Shown here: in pieces, positions 34,474 through 34,598 of the stretch
Position numbering within the stretch: position 1 is the stretch's first letter
How the letters are laid out: each line of letters starts with the position of its first letter
IMG/VR virus record: IMGVR_UViG_3300035103_000041
Span: 1 to 34,598 of that record
Length of the DNA stretch: 34,598 nucleotides
Source: a virus
Taxonomy: Duplodnaviria; Caudoviricetes
Reading direction: 5' to 3' (one strand)
Program-made: the position numbers and the translations under genes
The notes under the pieces: model-generated
What the model saw: only the letters and a program-made list of their open reading frames with translations
Told to the model about the DNA's origin: nothing
The model's database searches: none

Positions 34474-34598
34474 AAATAAAAAGCCGCAAGGCTTTCAGAC
34501 TGTCGAAAAACCCACAATCGTCAATTTGCATGAAGCAAATGTGACTTACGGCGTCGCGCAAAATTGCATATACGCTCATTTACAAAGAGTAAACCACA

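Noticed and set aside
34329-34579. Minus-strand ORFs containing repeated GAEGGT
   Set aside because: They are translations of the duplicated tRNA-Leu 3' end, not proteins

Overview
A ~33.3 kb temperate siphovirus prophage, in a host that looks like a Clostridia-type Bacillota, fills almost the whole window. A host DUF975-like membrane gene and an intact tRNA-Pro(GGG) (909-984) are followed by a tyrosine integrase, a lysogeny module, an early region, a late activator, packaging and HK97-like head genes, a tail module and a holin/NlpC-P60 lysis cassette. The lysogeny module holds a DEDDh-BRCT exonuclease and a short non-cleavable CI-like repressor. The early region holds a structured non-coding block with tRNA-Ile(GAT), a radical SAM gene, an iteron-containing initiator and PcfK/PcfJ/DUF3102-like genes. 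Five observations stand out. (1) The lysis/lysogeny switch has no Cro. Two tiny unannotated ORFs (39 aa behind a LexA-type box; 47 aa in the Cro position) align without gaps to the repressor's C-terminal helix, suggesting SinI/SinR-like antirepression by mimicry. (2) A 169-nt tRNA-like RNA has good acceptor, D and T arms but a 115-nt insert replacing the anticodon arm. (3) A Mu Com-like zinc-ribbon gene sits directly before a tape-measure gene whose SD and GTG start are sequestered in a hairpin. (4) The prophage ends do not match: tRNA-Pro on the left, a tRNA-Leu(CAA) 3' half on the right. (5) The head-closure gene appears to need a non-canonical start codon. All protein family calls come from motif recognition by eye, not from database searches.
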